Assembly (NCBI GenBank): GCA_018302985.1
Contig: JAGVZA010000001.1
Location: 10,919 to 74,918 of the forward strand
Length of the DNA stretch: 64,000 nucleotides
Reading direction: 5' to 3'
Source: Candidatus Woesearchaeota archaeon
GTDB lineage: Archaea; Nanobdellota; Nanobdellia; SCGC-AAA011-G17; UBA489
Below the pieces are notes generated by a model. It made no database searches, had not been told where the DNA came from, and saw only the letters and a list, made by a program, of their open reading frames with translations. The stretch's first letter is position 1, and every line of letters starts with the position of its first letter. The translations under genes and the position numbers were made by a program. This document shows, piece by piece, positions 1-9,940 of this stretch.

Positions 1-1
1 A

Positions 2-697
2 GTTGTTGGTATCATAGTTCCAGAAGCTGATATGCCATTCACTGCTTCAGGTATTGTGCCAGACTTAATTTTCTCTCCTCACTCTATTCCTTCTCGTATG
101 ACTATTTCGCACTTGATTGAAATTGTAGCAGGCAAAGCAGGTGCATTATCTGGTAGAACTATTGATGGTAGTGCATTCGCATCTGAATCAGAAAAAGATC
201 TGCGTAAATCTCTGGTAGAAATGGGCTTCAGAGAAAATGGAACTGAAACTATGTACAGTGGAGTCACTGGAGAACGTCTCAAAGTAAAAATCTATGTAGG
301 CAACATGTACTACTTGCGTTTGAAACACATGGTAGCTAACAAACTGCACGCTCGCGCATCTGGTCGTATCCAGCTCTTAACACGTCAGCCTATTGAGGGT
401 CGTGCTAAAGGTGGAGGTCTCAGATTAGGTGAAATGGAGAAAGATTGTTTAGTAGCTCACGGAGCATCTTTGCTCTTGAAAGAACGTTTCGATTCAGACA
501 AGACAACCATCCATGTATGTGAAGAATGTGGTATGTTAGCAGTCTATGATGACTTCAGAAATAATAGATTCTGTCATAGATGTGGCAGCAATGTTATAAT
601 CAATGTTGTAGAGATTTCCTACGCATTCAAATTACTCTTAGATGAATTAAAAGCTCTTGGTATCGCGCCAAGATTAAAATTGAGGAACAAGTACTAA
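2..697 (+). CDS. rpoB: DNA-directed RNA polymerase subunit B, C-terminal part (5' end outside window)
   Basis: Frame is open from base 2 (VVGIIVPEAD precedes the listed Met). SRMTISHLIE, GRIQLLTRQPIEGRAKGGGLRLGEMEKD and a terminal CxxC..CxxC zinc ribbon are RpoB/Rpb2 hallmarks. rpoA' starts 3 nt downstream. Confidence 0.95.
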   Translation, partial: VVGIIVPEADMPFTASGIVPDLIFSPHSIPSRMTISHLIEIVAGKAGALSGRTIDGSAFASESEKDLRKSLVEMGFRENGTETMYSGVTGERLKVKIYVGNMYYLRLKHMVANKLHARASGRIQLLTRQPIEGRAKGGGLRLGEMEKDCLVAHGASLLLKERFDSDKTTIHVCEECGMLAVYDDFRNNRFCHRCGSNVIINVVEISYAFKLLLDELKALGIAPRLKLRNKY

Positions 698-699
698 CC

Positions 700-3288
700 A
701 TGGCAGCAAACGACTACAAATTCAAAGAAGTGGACAAGATCATTTTCGGTATGATTAGTCCGCAAGAAGTAGAAAAAAGTTCAGCAGTAAAAGTAGTGAC
801 AGCTGAATTATATGACAAAGAAGGATATCCTGTAGATGGTGGTTTAATGGATATTCGTTTGGGCGTCATTGATCCTGGTCTCCGTTGTAAAACCTGTGGT
901 TCAAAATTAAAAGAATGCATAGGTCACTTCGGTCATATTGAAGTTGCTCGCCCAGTAGTGCACGTTTCTTATGCTGGTAAAGTCTATGAAATATTAAAGG
1001 CAACTTGTCGCGAATGTAATCGTATTTTAGTCGATGAAGAAACTGCAAGCAAATACAGAACACTTCATGGACGTTTCAAAAAAGAAAGAAACTTCGAATA
1101 CTTAAGAAAGTTGGCGAAATTAGCAATTGGTAAGGCAAAACTAGCTAAAAAATGCCCTCATTGTAATGCAAAACAAATTACTATCAAGGTAGAAAAGCCA
1201 ACAACATTCATGGAGGGAGACAAGCGCATTTCTCCTATTGAAGTGCGTGCTCGCTTGGCAAAAATCCAAGAAAAAGATTTAGAATTATTAGGATTTGATC
1301 CTGTACAAGCTCGTCCCGAGTGGATGATCTTAACATTATTGCCCATTCCTCCAGTAACTATGCGTCCATCTATTACTTTGGAAACTGGGGAGCGTTCAGA
1401 AGATGACTTAACACATAAATTAGGAGATATAGTTCGCATTAATCAGAGATTATTTGAAAATATCAATGCTGGTGCGCCAGAAATTATCGTTGAAGACTTA
1501 TGGGATTTATTGCAATATCACGTAACAACCTATTTCGATAATACTATCGCGCAAGTTCCTCCTGCTCGTCACCGTTCTGGTCAAGCATTAAAGACTTTAA
1601 CTGAACGTATCAAGAGTAAAGAAGGTCGCTTCCGCCACAACTTGGCTGGTAAGCGTGTCAACTTTGCAGCACGTACTGTTATTTCTCCAGATCCGAAAAT
1701 CGAATTCAATGAAGTAGGTATTCCTCAATCTGTTGCTATGGAATTAACTGTGCCTGAAAAAGTTACTGAATGGAACAAAGAATGGTTATTATCTTTAGTA
1801 AAGAATGGTCCTAAAGAATACCCAGGTGCAAACTATGTTATTGCTCCTGATGGTAAAAAACGTAAGATCACTAAAGAGACACAAGAACAATTATTGCTGG
1901 AAATTAAAGAAGGATATATCGTAGAAAGACAATTGCATGATGGCGACATTGCTTTATTCAATCGTCAGCCTTCTCTGCACCGTATGAGTATCATGTGTCA
2001 CAAGATCAAAGTATTGCCTGGTCGTTCTTTCAGATTGAATCCTAGTGTATGTAATCCTTACAATGCAGACTTCGATGGTGATGAAATGAACTTGCACATC
2101 CCGCAAACTGAAGAAGCGCGTGCTGAAGCTGAAATCCTGATGCAAGTACAGACACAAATTATGTCTCCAAAGAATGGATATAATGTCATTGGTTGTGTTG
2201 AAGACTCTGTTACAGGTAATTACTTATTGTCCAAGAAATTGACTATTTCACGCGAAGATGCAGTAGAGTTATTGACTTCTATGGGTATCTTCGATGCTAA
2301 GTTCGACAAAGAAATGGTTAAAGGATCAGAATTATTCAGCAGATTATTCCCTGAAGATTTCTTTTTCTACGGAACCGCGAAGCAAAAAGATGAAGCTGGT
2401 GTGGAAACATTCCTGACAATCAAAAAAGGAAAAATTATCTCTGGATACATTGATGATAGTAGTATTGGTGAAAACAATGGAGAGCTTATCAGAGAATTCT
2501 ATAGAAAATATGGTCAAGATAGAACGCTTGTCTTATTAGGTAACCTCTTCAAGTTAGGTATCAAAGTCTTGGCAAAATACGGATTTACTACTTCCATTGC
2601 TGATACAGACATTCCAGAAGAAGCTATCGAAAAGATCGATGAGTTAATTGCTAATGCATACAAAGATGTAGATGCTCTCGTCAAAGAATATGAAGCTGGA
2701 AGATTAGAAGAATTGCCAGGTAAAACTAGAAGAGAAACTTTGGAAGTAAAAAGTTTGGAAATCTTAAACAAGATTAGAAATAAGGTAGGTAATTTGGCTG
2801 CTCAGTATGCTGATGAAAATACACCAACTATAATTATGGCGCGCTCTGGTGCAAAAGGTAATATCTTAAACTTCACGCAGATGTCCGCTTGTGTAGGTCA
2901 GCAGGCTTTAGGCGGTCAACGTATCCAACGTGGTTACAAGAACAGAACATTATCTTTATTCAAGCAAGGAGACTTAGGTCCAATCGCACATGGTTTCGTC
3001 AGAAGTTCTTTCAAAAAAGGACTTACGCCTGTGGAATTCTTTTTCCACGCTATGACTGGTCGTGATGCTCTGATGGACACTGCTCTTCGTACACCAAAAT
3101 CTGGTTACTTGTACAGACGTCTCGCTAATGCATTGCAAGATCTCAAGATAGAATATGATGGAACAGTAAGAAATGCTAGAAAAGGAATCGTACAATTCAA
3201 ATATGGTGATGATGGTATTGATGTATCCAAGAGTGAAGGTGGAAAAATCAGTGTCAAGAAAGCTATCATCGATGTAGTAGGACAATAA
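700..3288 (+). CDS. rpoA1: DNA-directed RNA polymerase subunit A'
   Basis: Catalytic NADFDGDEMN motif, N-terminal zinc motifs (CKTCG, CPHCN) and RQPSLHRMS. The 862-aa length is typical of archaeal A'. Confidence 0.97.
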   Translation: MAANDYKFKEVDKIIFGMISPQEVEKSSAVKVVTAELYDKEGYPVDGGLMDIRLGVIDPGLRCKTCGSKLKECIGHFGHIEVARPVVHVSYAGKVYEILKATCRECNRILVDEETASKYRTLHGRFKKERNFEYLRKLAKLAIGKAKLAKKCPHCNAKQITIKVEKPTTFMEGDKRISPIEVRARLAKIQEKDLELLGFDPVQARPEWMILTLLPIPPVTMRPSITLETGERSEDDLTHKLGDIVRINQRLFENINAGAPEIIVEDLWDLLQYHVTTYFDNTIAQVPPARHRSGQALKTLTERIKSKEGRFRHNLAGKRVNFAARTVISPDPKIEFNEVGIPQSVAMELTVPEKVTEWNKEWLLSLVKNGPKEYPGANYVIAPDGKKRKITKETQEQLLLEIKEGYIVERQLHDGDIALFNRQPSLHRMSIMCHKIKVLPGRSFRLNPSVCNPYNADFDGDEMNLHIPQTEEARAEAEILMQVQTQIMSPKNGYNVIGCVEDSVTGNYLLSKKLTISREDAVELLTSMGIFDAKFDKEMVKGSELFSRLFPEDFFFYGTAKQKDEAGVETFLTIKKGKIISGYIDDSSIGENNGELIREFYRKYGQDRTLVLLGNLFKLGIKVLAKYGFTTSIADTDIPEEAIEKIDELIANAYKDVDALVKEYEAGRLEELPGKTRRETLEVKSLEILNKIRNKVGNLAAQYADENTPTIIMARSGAKGNILNFTQMSACVGQQALGGQRIQRGYKNRTLSLFKQGDLGPIAHGFVRSSFKKGLTPVEFFFHAMTGRDALMDTALRTPKSGYLYRRLANALQDLKIEYDGTVRNARKGIVQFKYGDDGIDVSKSEGGKISVKKAIIDVVGQ

Positions 3289-3289
3289 C

Positions 3290-4456
3290 ATGGAAGAACA
3301 ACTATTCAAGGACTATGAAGGCAAGCTGACCAAGAAGATTATTGAAGAAGTAAAGGCAGAAGTAAAAGAACAAGGTCTAACTAAAGACCAGACTAAGAAA
3401 GTGCTTGAGTATTTGAAAGAAGAATATGATACTGCAAAAATAAGTCCTGGTGAAGCTATAGGTATTTTAACTGCTGAATCCTTTGGAGAGCCAGGTACTC
3501 AGATGACATTAAATGTATTCCACTTCGCTGGAGTAGCTGAAGTGTCTGTCACGCAAGGTTTACCGCGTCTTATTGAAATCTTAGATGCGCGTAAGGAGAT
3601 TTCAACTCCATCCATGGAAATTTACTTGAAAAAAGGCGTTAGCAAAGATATGGCTGAAGTAAAGCGTGTAGCGGCTTTGATCAAGGAAACAAAATTAAAC
3701 GAAATTGCAACAGAATTCTCTATCGATCTTACAAAGTTACAAGTGGAAGTGCAGTTAAATCAGCACCGCCTTAAAGACTTAAAATTAAAACCAGATCAAG
3801 TAGCTGAAGCTTTAAACGCAAACATGAAAGGCGTTAAAGCAAGTGTCAATGGTGAAAAAATTATTATCAAGACAAAAGCAGAAGAAAATGAATTAATGGA
3901 AACTTACAAGATCAAAGAAAAGTCAAAGGAAGTATTCATCAAAGGTGTCAAGGGAATAACACAAGTCTTGCCAGTAAAGAATAATGAAGAGTATGTAATT
4001 ATCACTGCAGGTTCAAACTTAAAAGATGTTATTGAAATTGAGGAAGTAGATGAAACAAGAACGACAACAAACAGCTTGTTCGAAGTCTTGAAAGTCTTCG
4101 GTGTGGAAGCTGCTCGTCAAAATATCATCCGTGAAGCGCAAAGAGTGATTGAAGACCAAGGTCTTGATGTAGATATCAGGCATATCATGTTCATTGCAGA
4201 TGCTATGACTACTTCTGGTACTATCAAAGGTATCACTCGTTCAGGTATCACTGGAGAGAAAAAGTCAGTACTAGCTCGTGCAAGTTTCGAAACTCCTCTC
4301 AAGCACTTAATTAACGCGTCTATTATTGGTGAAGAAGATGATCTCAATTCAGTGATTGAAAATGTAATGCTCAATCAGCCAGTCCCTCTAGGAACAGGTC
4401 TTCCAGAGTTAGTGACTCGTGGTAAAAAAGAAACAGCAAAGGAAGGTAAGAAATGA
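3290..4456 (+). CDS. rpoA2: DNA-directed RNA polymerase subunit A''
   Basis: Starts 2 nt after the A' stop. Trigger-loop region AESFGEPGTQMTLNVFHFAG; 388 aa. Confidence 0.95.
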   Translation: MEEQLFKDYEGKLTKKIIEEVKAEVKEQGLTKDQTKKVLEYLKEEYDTAKISPGEAIGILTAESFGEPGTQMTLNVFHFAGVAEVSVTQGLPRLIEILDARKEISTPSMEIYLKKGVSKDMAEVKRVAALIKETKLNEIATEFSIDLTKLQVEVQLNQHRLKDLKLKPDQVAEALNANMKGVKASVNGEKIIIKTKAEENELMETYKIKEKSKEVFIKGVKGITQVLPVKNNEEYVIITAGSNLKDVIEIEEVDETRTTTNSLFEVLKVFGVEAARQNIIREAQRVIEDQGLDVDIRHIMFIADAMTTSGTIKGITRSGITGEKKSVLARASFETPLKHLINASIIGEEDDLNSVIENVMLNQPVPLGTGLPELVTRGKKETAKEGKK

Positions 4457-4707
4457 CTGTCGAAGATTTAAAAACCGCATTAAAAAATGAAAAAATGACT
4501 ATAGGTACAAAAGAAGTAATAAGAAAGCTCAAACACGGACAAGTAAAGAAAGTATTTGTAGCAACTAGTTGCCCAGACGCAGTTCGTACAACAGTAAAAA
4601 GATATGCATCTTTAAACAAGATAGAAATAATTGAAGTGGCAGTACCAAGTTCTGAAATTGCGCTCTTGTGTAAAAAGAATTATCCCATCAGTATTCTCAG
4701 TTGTTAG
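4453..4707 (+). CDS. rpl30e: 50S ribosomal protein L30e (L7Ae/L30e fold)
   Basis: 84-aa protein whose ATGA start overlaps the rpoA'' stop. It sits in the canonical archaeal slot between rpoA'' and nusA. Confidence 0.8.
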   Translation: MTVEDLKTALKNEKMTIGTKEVIRKLKHGQVKKVFVATSCPDAVRTTVKRYASLNKIEIIEVAVPSSEIALLCKKNYPISILSC

Positions 4708-4709
4708 CG

Positions 4710-5120
4710 ATGGAAAAGTACGATTTGCAGAGTATGGGACTTATTTCTCTATTCGAGAAAATTACGCAAGCTCACGCCAAAAGGCTGTTTACAGATAAAC
4801 GTGGTCAGTTAGTCTTTATTGTTGAAGAAGGACAAGCAGGCAAAGCCATTGGTAAGGGCGGCATGAATATCCAAAGATTACAAAAGCTTTTCAAAAAGCG
4901 CATCAAGGTTGTTGAATTCAGTACAGATCCAAAAGAGTTCGTCAAGAATTATATTGCTCCTTTGGAAGTGGAAAGTATCACAGTAAAAGAAGATAAGATG
5001 ACTTTAACCAGTCAAGAGACTAAAGTCAAAGGCATGCTAATAGGTCGTGAAAAGCAGAATTTGAAAGAGCTCAACATGGTAGTGCAAAAGTTCTTCAAAA
5101 TCGAGGTCTTAGTAGAATAA
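4710..5120 (+). CDS. nusA: archaeal NusA-like transcription termination factor (two KH domains)
   Basis: GxxG KH motifs ([28 protein letters not shown]) and position after L30e. ATG 4710 is preferred over the listed TTG 4701. Confidence 0.85.
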   Translation: MEKYDLQSMGLISLFEKITQAHAKRLFTDKRGQLVFIVEEGQAGKAIGKGGMNIQRLQKLFKKRIKVVEFSTDPKEFVKNYIAPLEVESITVKEDKMTLTSQETKVKGMLIGREKQNLKELNMVVQKFFKIEVLVE

Positions 5121-5150
5121 AACTAGCAAAAAGAACAAGGACGCGAAATC

Positions 5151-5158
5151 TTTATAAA
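5151..5158 (+). promoter_or_regulatory. TATA box (TTTATAAA) for the rps12-rps7 unit
   Basis: aatcTTTATAAAgc lies 27 nt upstream of ATG 5186. The same octamer recurs upstream of many genes in the window. Confidence 0.6.
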
Positions 5159-5185
5159 GCATCCTTGCAGTCCCTCACTTACAAA

Positions 5186-5623
5186 ATGGCTAAGAAATCA
5201 AACGGTTTAAACGCAGCAAAGAAGCTCAAAAATAAGAGGAAAAATTTCCAATGGGCTGACTCCAAGTATGTACGCCGTGTGCTAAACTTAAAAGCAAAAT
5301 CTGATCCTTTACAAGGTTCTTCACAAGCTCGTGCTATTGTTATTGAAAAACGTCAATTAGAAGCTAAGCAGCCTAACTCTGCTATGAGAAAATGTGTTTT
5401 TGTCCAATTAATCAAAAATGGTCGTCAAGTAACAGCATTCTGTCCTCGTGATGGAGCTATCAAAAAAATCGATGAACATGATGAAGTAATTATCGAATGT
5501 ATTGGTGGTGCAAATGGACGTTCTCCTGGTGACTTGCCCGGTGTACGCTGGAAAGTTATCAAAGTAAATGATCAAAGTCTAGACGCATTAGTGCGTGGCA
5601 AAATTGAAAAGGGTAGAAGATAA
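5186..5623 (+). CDS. rps12: 30S ribosomal protein S12
   Basis: [28 protein letters not shown] and [10 protein letters not shown] motifs. ATG 5186 gives 145 aa; the listed ORF starts at an upstream TTG. Confidence 0.95.
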   Translation: MAKKSNGLNAAKKLKNKRKNFQWADSKYVRRVLNLKAKSDPLQGSSQARAIVIEKRQLEAKQPNSAMRKCVFVQLIKNGRQVTAFCPRDGAIKKIDEHDEVIIECIGGANGRSPGDLPGVRWKVIKVNDQSLDALVRGKIEKGRR

Positions 5624-5625
5624 AC

Positions 5626-6222
5626 ATGACTCTCAAATTATTCGATCGATGGGACTTGACACAAATAGAAGTAAAAGACCCTGGTCTCAAAAATTATATC
5701 AACCTGTCTCCCGTTTTAGTGCCTCGAAGTGGCGGTCGTAATGCAAAATATCCTTTTTACAAAAATAAATCTAACATTGTTGAACGCTTGATGAATCACT
5801 TAATGATTTCTGGTCACAAAGGTAAAAAACATTTTATCTCTTCTGGAGCATACGGCGGTAAAAGTCACACTGCTTTCAACATTATAGAAAAAACATTAAA
5901 ATTGATTGAAGAAAGAACAAAGAAAAATCCTATTGAAACATTAGTTCGCGCTATTGAAAATGCGGCGCCTCGTGAAGAAATCACAACTATCGAATATGGT
6001 GGTGCAAAATATCCGCAGGCAGTCGATTGTGCTCCGCAAAGACGTGTTGATTACGCTTTACGCATGATGGTTCAAGGTGCAGCACATAAAGCATTCGGAG
6101 AAAAAATCAAAGTCGAAGAATCATTAGCAGACGAAATCATGAAGGCAGCAGCTTGTACTAATGCAAGCAATGCAGTAGCAAAGAAATTAGAATTAGAACG
6201 TCAAGCTGACGCAGCAAGATAA
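5626..6222 (+). CDS. rps7: 30S ribosomal protein S7
   Basis: Starts 2 nt after rps12. 198 aa with the S7/S5e pattern (NIVERLMNHLM, AIENAAPREE). Confidence 0.93.
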   Translation: MTLKLFDRWDLTQIEVKDPGLKNYINLSPVLVPRSGGRNAKYPFYKNKSNIVERLMNHLMISGHKGKKHFISSGAYGGKSHTAFNIIEKTLKLIEERTKKNPIETLVRAIENAAPREEITTIEYGGAKYPQAVDCAPQRRVDYALRMMVQGAAHKAFGEKIKVEESLADEIMKAAACTNASNAVAKKLELERQADAAR

Positions 6223-6247
6223 TTATTCTAAAAATAGTTAAAAAAAG

Positions 6248-6676
6248 TTAACTTTCACTTTTATAAATGAGAGTATTTCCTTGATCACTGTGTTCAAGAA
6301 CTATCTTGATTCGAAGTGTTGCTATACCTTCATCGCATGCATCATTTATTCGGTTGAGTCTTCCTCCTATAAGAATATTGCCAGCAAGCTCTAAAGGAGA
6401 ATAAACATAACCGTCTTTATCGCCTAATCCATAAAGTGATTTAATTGTGCGTCGTTGGAAAGAAGGTAAGGCCTGTAGAGCTTGTTCAATAACTGCACTG
6501 ATATGGGTTTCAGGGATTCCTGTTAAACGTTGGTCTACAAGTCTTTCTAAATATTGCAGAGCTCCCGGTTTTAAAGCTGTTTCTCTATAATGTTGATCAG
6601 ATTCCGTTATGCCAAATACTTCGGCAAGAAAATGTTTCCATAGACCTGTAGTGTATAATGTTTTTTCTTCTGTCAT
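6248..6676 (-). CDS. hypothetical protein with a sigma-70 region-4-like HTH (tentative)
   Basis: Internal ATG at 6676 (MTEEKT..). The listed N-terminal extension overlaps the divergent trmB-like gene. ALQALPSFQRRTIKSLYGLGDKDG..SPLELAG..R..I..EGIATLR resembles the sigma r4 pattern. Confidence 0.5.
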   Translation of the reverse strand: MTEEKTLYTTGLWKHFLAEVFGITESDQHYRETALKPGALQYLERLVDQRLTGIPETHISAVIEQALQALPSFQRRTIKSLYGLGDKDGYVYSPLELAGNILIGGRLNRINDACDEGIATLRIKIVLEHSDQGNTLIYKSES

Positions 6677-6782
6677 TGTGTTCTCCAATATATATCTTAG
6701 AGTAATTATATCAAGGAAGTATATTAAATTATGCTGTCGGAAAAACGACAACATTATAAAGACAAATAAGAGTCTAAAAAAG

Positions 6783-7553
6783 ATGAACTTATATGAGACA
6801 CTAGAGTCTATTGGCTTAAGTAAAGGCGAAAGCAAAGTATATGTTGCTCTGCTAAAACTAGGATCAGTGCCAGTCTATAAGCTTAAAGAAGAAACACAAT
6901 TACATCGTACTACCATTTACGATTTTTTAGAGAAATTATTGAACAAGGGATTAATAAGTTATGTTATCAAAGGAAATGTCAAATTTTATAATGCAACTAC
7001 CACAAATAAACTCTTAGAATTTATCAAAGAAAAAGAAGAGCAAGTAAAAGATATTTTACCACAGATCAACAAGCTCTCACAAAGCAAGCAAGAAGAAATT
7101 AGAGTCGAAGTCTTCAAAGGTGTAGAAGGTGTAAAAACAATTCTGAATGATATATTGCGTGTCGCTAAAGATTATGTCATCTTCGGTATTGATGAAATCA
7201 TGTTCAAAGAGAAGATGGGAACATTTATGGATCATTTTTTTAGAAAGGAAAAACAACTAGGATTCAAAGAAAGAATTTTGACTAGTGATGCGGCATCGTA
7301 TGTCTATGAGTATGATACTGTGAATTATAGATATCTCTCAAGGGAGTCATTTAATCCAACACCTACATATGTCTATGGTAGTAACGTCGCAATCCTAATA
7401 TGGGATCCATTCACTGTCATCAAGATAGAGAATAAGGCGCTTGCAGACAGTTATACAAAATACTTTGAAATTTTATGGAGAGTGGCTAAACGCAAACCTA
7501 AATCAGCTATACTAAAAAAAGCTCGATCCATGAAATTGGCGAAACGTTTATAA
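6783..7553 (+). CDS. TrmB-family transcriptional regulator
   Basis: MNLYETLESIGLSKGESKVYVALLKLG..HRTTIYDFLEKLLNKGL is the TrmB N-terminal wHTH. ATG 6783 lies 23 nt after cattataaag. One of five paralogues. Confidence 0.85.
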   Translation: MNLYETLESIGLSKGESKVYVALLKLGSVPVYKLKEETQLHRTTIYDFLEKLLNKGLISYVIKGNVKFYNATTTNKLLEFIKEKEEQVKDILPQINKLSQSKQEEIRVEVFKGVEGVKTILNDILRVAKDYVIFGIDEIMFKEKMGTFMDHFFRKEKQLGFKERILTSDAASYVYEYDTVNYRYLSRESFNPTPTYVYGSNVAILIWDPFTVIKIENKALADSYTKYFEILWRVAKRKPKSAILKKARSMKLAKRL

Positions 7554-7554
7554 A
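7547..7554 (+). promoter_or_regulatory. TATA box upstream of aEF-2, overlapping the trmB stop codon
   Basis: In acgTTTATAAAgc the TAA stop of the upstream CDS (7551-7553) lies inside the box. The aEF-2 ATG is 47 nt downstream. Confidence 0.5.
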
Positions 7555-7601
7555 GCATTTTTAGAGTTATCCATGCATAATTCTCAAAGAGAAAAACAAC
7601 T

Positions 7602-9803
7602 ATGGCAGACACACCATCTGAAATGAAAGAATTGGCTAAAGTGCCAGAACATATTAGAAACATTTGTACTTCTGCCCACATCCATCATGGAAAAACTGCA
7701 CTCACAGACAACCTCCTCGCAGCTTCTGGTCACATAAGTTCTAAGGCAGCTGGCGATTTGGACGCAGGTATGGCAACTTGGCAGCATGCAGATGAACAAG
7801 AACGTTTGATGACTGTCGACGCTGCGAACGTATCCATGTGTCACACGTTTAATGGTAATAGATATCTCATTAACTTAATTGATACGCCTGGTCACGTTGA
7901 CTTTGGTGGTAATGTAACTCGTGCAATGCGAGCTATTGATGGTACTATTGTGTTAATTTGTGCAGTGGAAGGTATCATGCCGCAGACAGAAACTGTCGTT
8001 CGTCAGGCTATTCGTGAACGCGTCAAGCCAGTTCTATTCATCAATAAAGTAGATCGTCTCATCAACGAATTAAAATTTACTCCTGAGCAAATGCAGGAAC
8101 GTTTCTTAAAATTAATTATGGAATTTAACACCCTAATCGAGAACACTGCTGAAGATGAGTACAAAGAAAAATGGAAAGTCGATATTTTAAATGGTAGTGT
8201 TGCTTTTGGTTCTGCTCGTGAGAACTGGGCATTGTCCGTTCCTTACATGAAGAATAAAAATGTTTCTTTCAAAGATATTGTCAATCTCTACAAAGAAGAC
8301 GTGACGGAAGAGAATCGCCAAAAATGGATCTGGGAAAAAGCTCCTGTCTTCGAAGTCATCCTCGATATGGTCATTAAGCACTTGCCTAATCCTCTAGAAG
8401 CGCAAAAATATCGTATTCCGCACATTTGGCATGGAGATTTAGAGACGCAATTCGGTAAGGATTTGTTAGTAGGCAATCCCAATGGAAAAATAGCCTTCGT
8501 CATCACTCGTATCACTATAGATCCGAGATTTGGTCGTGAATTATGCGCGGGTCGTTTATTTTCTGGCACAGTCAGAGCTGGGCAAACAGTCTGGTTAAAC
8601 AATGCGAAATCAACGCAAAGAATTGCCCAAGTCTTTATGTACAAAGGCATCAAGCCTGAATCCTTAGAATCCGTTCCAGCTGGAAACGTTCTAGCATTAG
8701 GTGGTATTTCTGGTATGGCTGGAGAAACTATTACTGAAGGACCAGAGCAGCCATTCGAGGAATTAAAGCACATTTTCGAGCCAGTCATCACCAAATCTAT
8801 CGAGCCAATCAAGCCGCAAGATTTGCCAAAGCTCGTAGAAGTATTGAAAAAAGTCTTGAAAGAAGATCCATCCATCAAGATTGATATCAACCAGGAAACC
8901 GGTGAAAATTTGATCCATGGTATGGGTGAACTGCATCTGGAAATTATTGAAAATCGTATCAAGACAGAAAAAGGTCTAGACATTAAAACGTCTCCTCCTA
9001 TTGTGGTCTATCGTGAATCAATGCAAAAGCCAGGTCAGGAAATGGAAGGAAAATCCCCTAATAAGCACAATAAATTCTATATCGTTTGCGAACCTTTGGA
9101 AGAAAATGTCCATGCTGCTATCAAAAAAGGAGACATTCCAGAAGGTCGCGTATCCAAGAAAGATACTCGTCTATATGCGGTCCTGGAAAAATTAGGCTGG
9201 TCCGCAAAAGAAGCGAAGAAAGTCCGTGATGTTTACAATGGTAATTTGTTAATTGATGATACGCGTGGTATTGTCTATATCGGAGAAGTGCAGGAATTAA
9301 TTAATGATGGATATGAGCAGGTCATGAAGCAAGGTCCAATCGCTCGTGAACCTGTTATTAAGTTGAAAGTCATTGTCAAAGATTGTAAGTTGCATGAAGA
9401 CTCTATTCATCGTGGTCCTGCGCAAGTAGTTCCAGCGATCCGTGAAGCTATTCGTGGTTCTATGAACTCAGGTAATGCAATTATTTATGAGCCATTGCAA
9501 GTCTTGCAGATTGACGCTCCAGCTGACTACATGGGAGAGATTAGTAAATTAGTCCAGAACAAGCGTGGTCAGTTATTGAATGTCAAGCAAGAAGGCACTT
9601 CCATGAGCATCAGAGCGAAATTGCCAGTAGCTGAATCATTAGGTTTAGCTTCTGATCTTCGTTCCGCGACAGGCGGTCGTGGTTCCTATTTCTTAGTGGA
9701 TCAAATGTTTGAAAGATTGCCTGGTGATTTGCAGCCTCGCGTTGCTCAAAGAATTAGAGAGAGAAAAGGTCTCAAGGTTGAAGAAGAAACTCCTACAGAA
9801 TAA
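7602..9803 (+). CDS. fusA: translation elongation factor aEF-2
   Basis: GTPase motifs AHIHHGKT, DTPGHVDF and NKVDR. HEDSIHRGPAQ is the diphthamide-loop region. 733 aa. Confidence 0.97.
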   Translation: MADTPSEMKELAKVPEHIRNICTSAHIHHGKTALTDNLLAASGHISSKAAGDLDAGMATWQHADEQERLMTVDAANVSMCHTFNGNRYLINLIDTPGHVDFGGNVTRAMRAIDGTIVLICAVEGIMPQTETVVRQAIRERVKPVLFINKVDRLINELKFTPEQMQERFLKLIMEFNTLIENTAEDEYKEKWKVDILNGSVAFGSARENWALSVPYMKNKNVSFKDIVNLYKEDVTEENRQKWIWEKAPVFEVILDMVIKHLPNPLEAQKYRIPHIWHGDLETQFGKDLLVGNPNGKIAFVITRITIDPRFGRELCAGRLFSGTVRAGQTVWLNNAKSTQRIAQVFMYKGIKPESLESVPAGNVLALGGISGMAGETITEGPEQPFEELKHIFEPVITKSIEPIKPQDLPKLVEVLKKVLKEDPSIKIDINQETGENLIHGMGELHLEIIENRIKTEKGLDIKTSPPIVVYRESMQKPGQEMEGKSPNKHNKFYIVCEPLEENVHAAIKKGDIPEGRVSKKDTRLYAVLEKLGWSAKEAKKVRDVYNGNLLIDDTRGIVYIGEVQELINDGYEQVMKQGPIAREPVIKLKVIVKDCKLHEDSIHRGPAQVVPAIREAIRGSMNSGNAIIYEPLQVLQIDAPADYMGEISKLVQNKRGQLLNVKQEGTSMSIRAKLPVAESLGLASDLRSATGGRGSYFLVDQMFERLPGDLQPRVAQRIRERKGLKVEEETPTE

Positions 9804-9880
9804 GAGGGGACTTGTTTTAGAATTAGAAACTCCTTTGTAACTTAATAAAAAACATCCAAAAGCTCATTTCTACCGTAACC

Positions 9881-9888
9881 TTTATAAA
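9881..9888 (+). promoter_or_regulatory. TATA box upstream of aEF-1alpha
   Basis: aaccTTTATAAAtc lies 52 nt upstream of ATG 9941. Confidence 0.5.
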
Positions 9889-9940
9889 TCATTAATAGTG
9901 CAATTCTTTACCAAATACCATAAAGGAGATACTTAAAACA

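Noticed and set aside
6609-6835. N-terminal extensions of the divergent 6248(-) and 6609(+) ORFs, which overlap each other by about 230 nt
   Set aside because: Both have internal ATGs (6676 and 6783) that remove the overlap. The TrmB homology begins exactly at 6783, which is preceded by a TATA box at the standard distance.
8288-8983. 231-aa ORF antisense to aEF-2
   Set aside because: It lies entirely within a gene carrying unambiguous EF-2 motifs. Its translation is low-complexity and Ser/Pro/Cys-rich with no start context. This is a typical shadow ORF.
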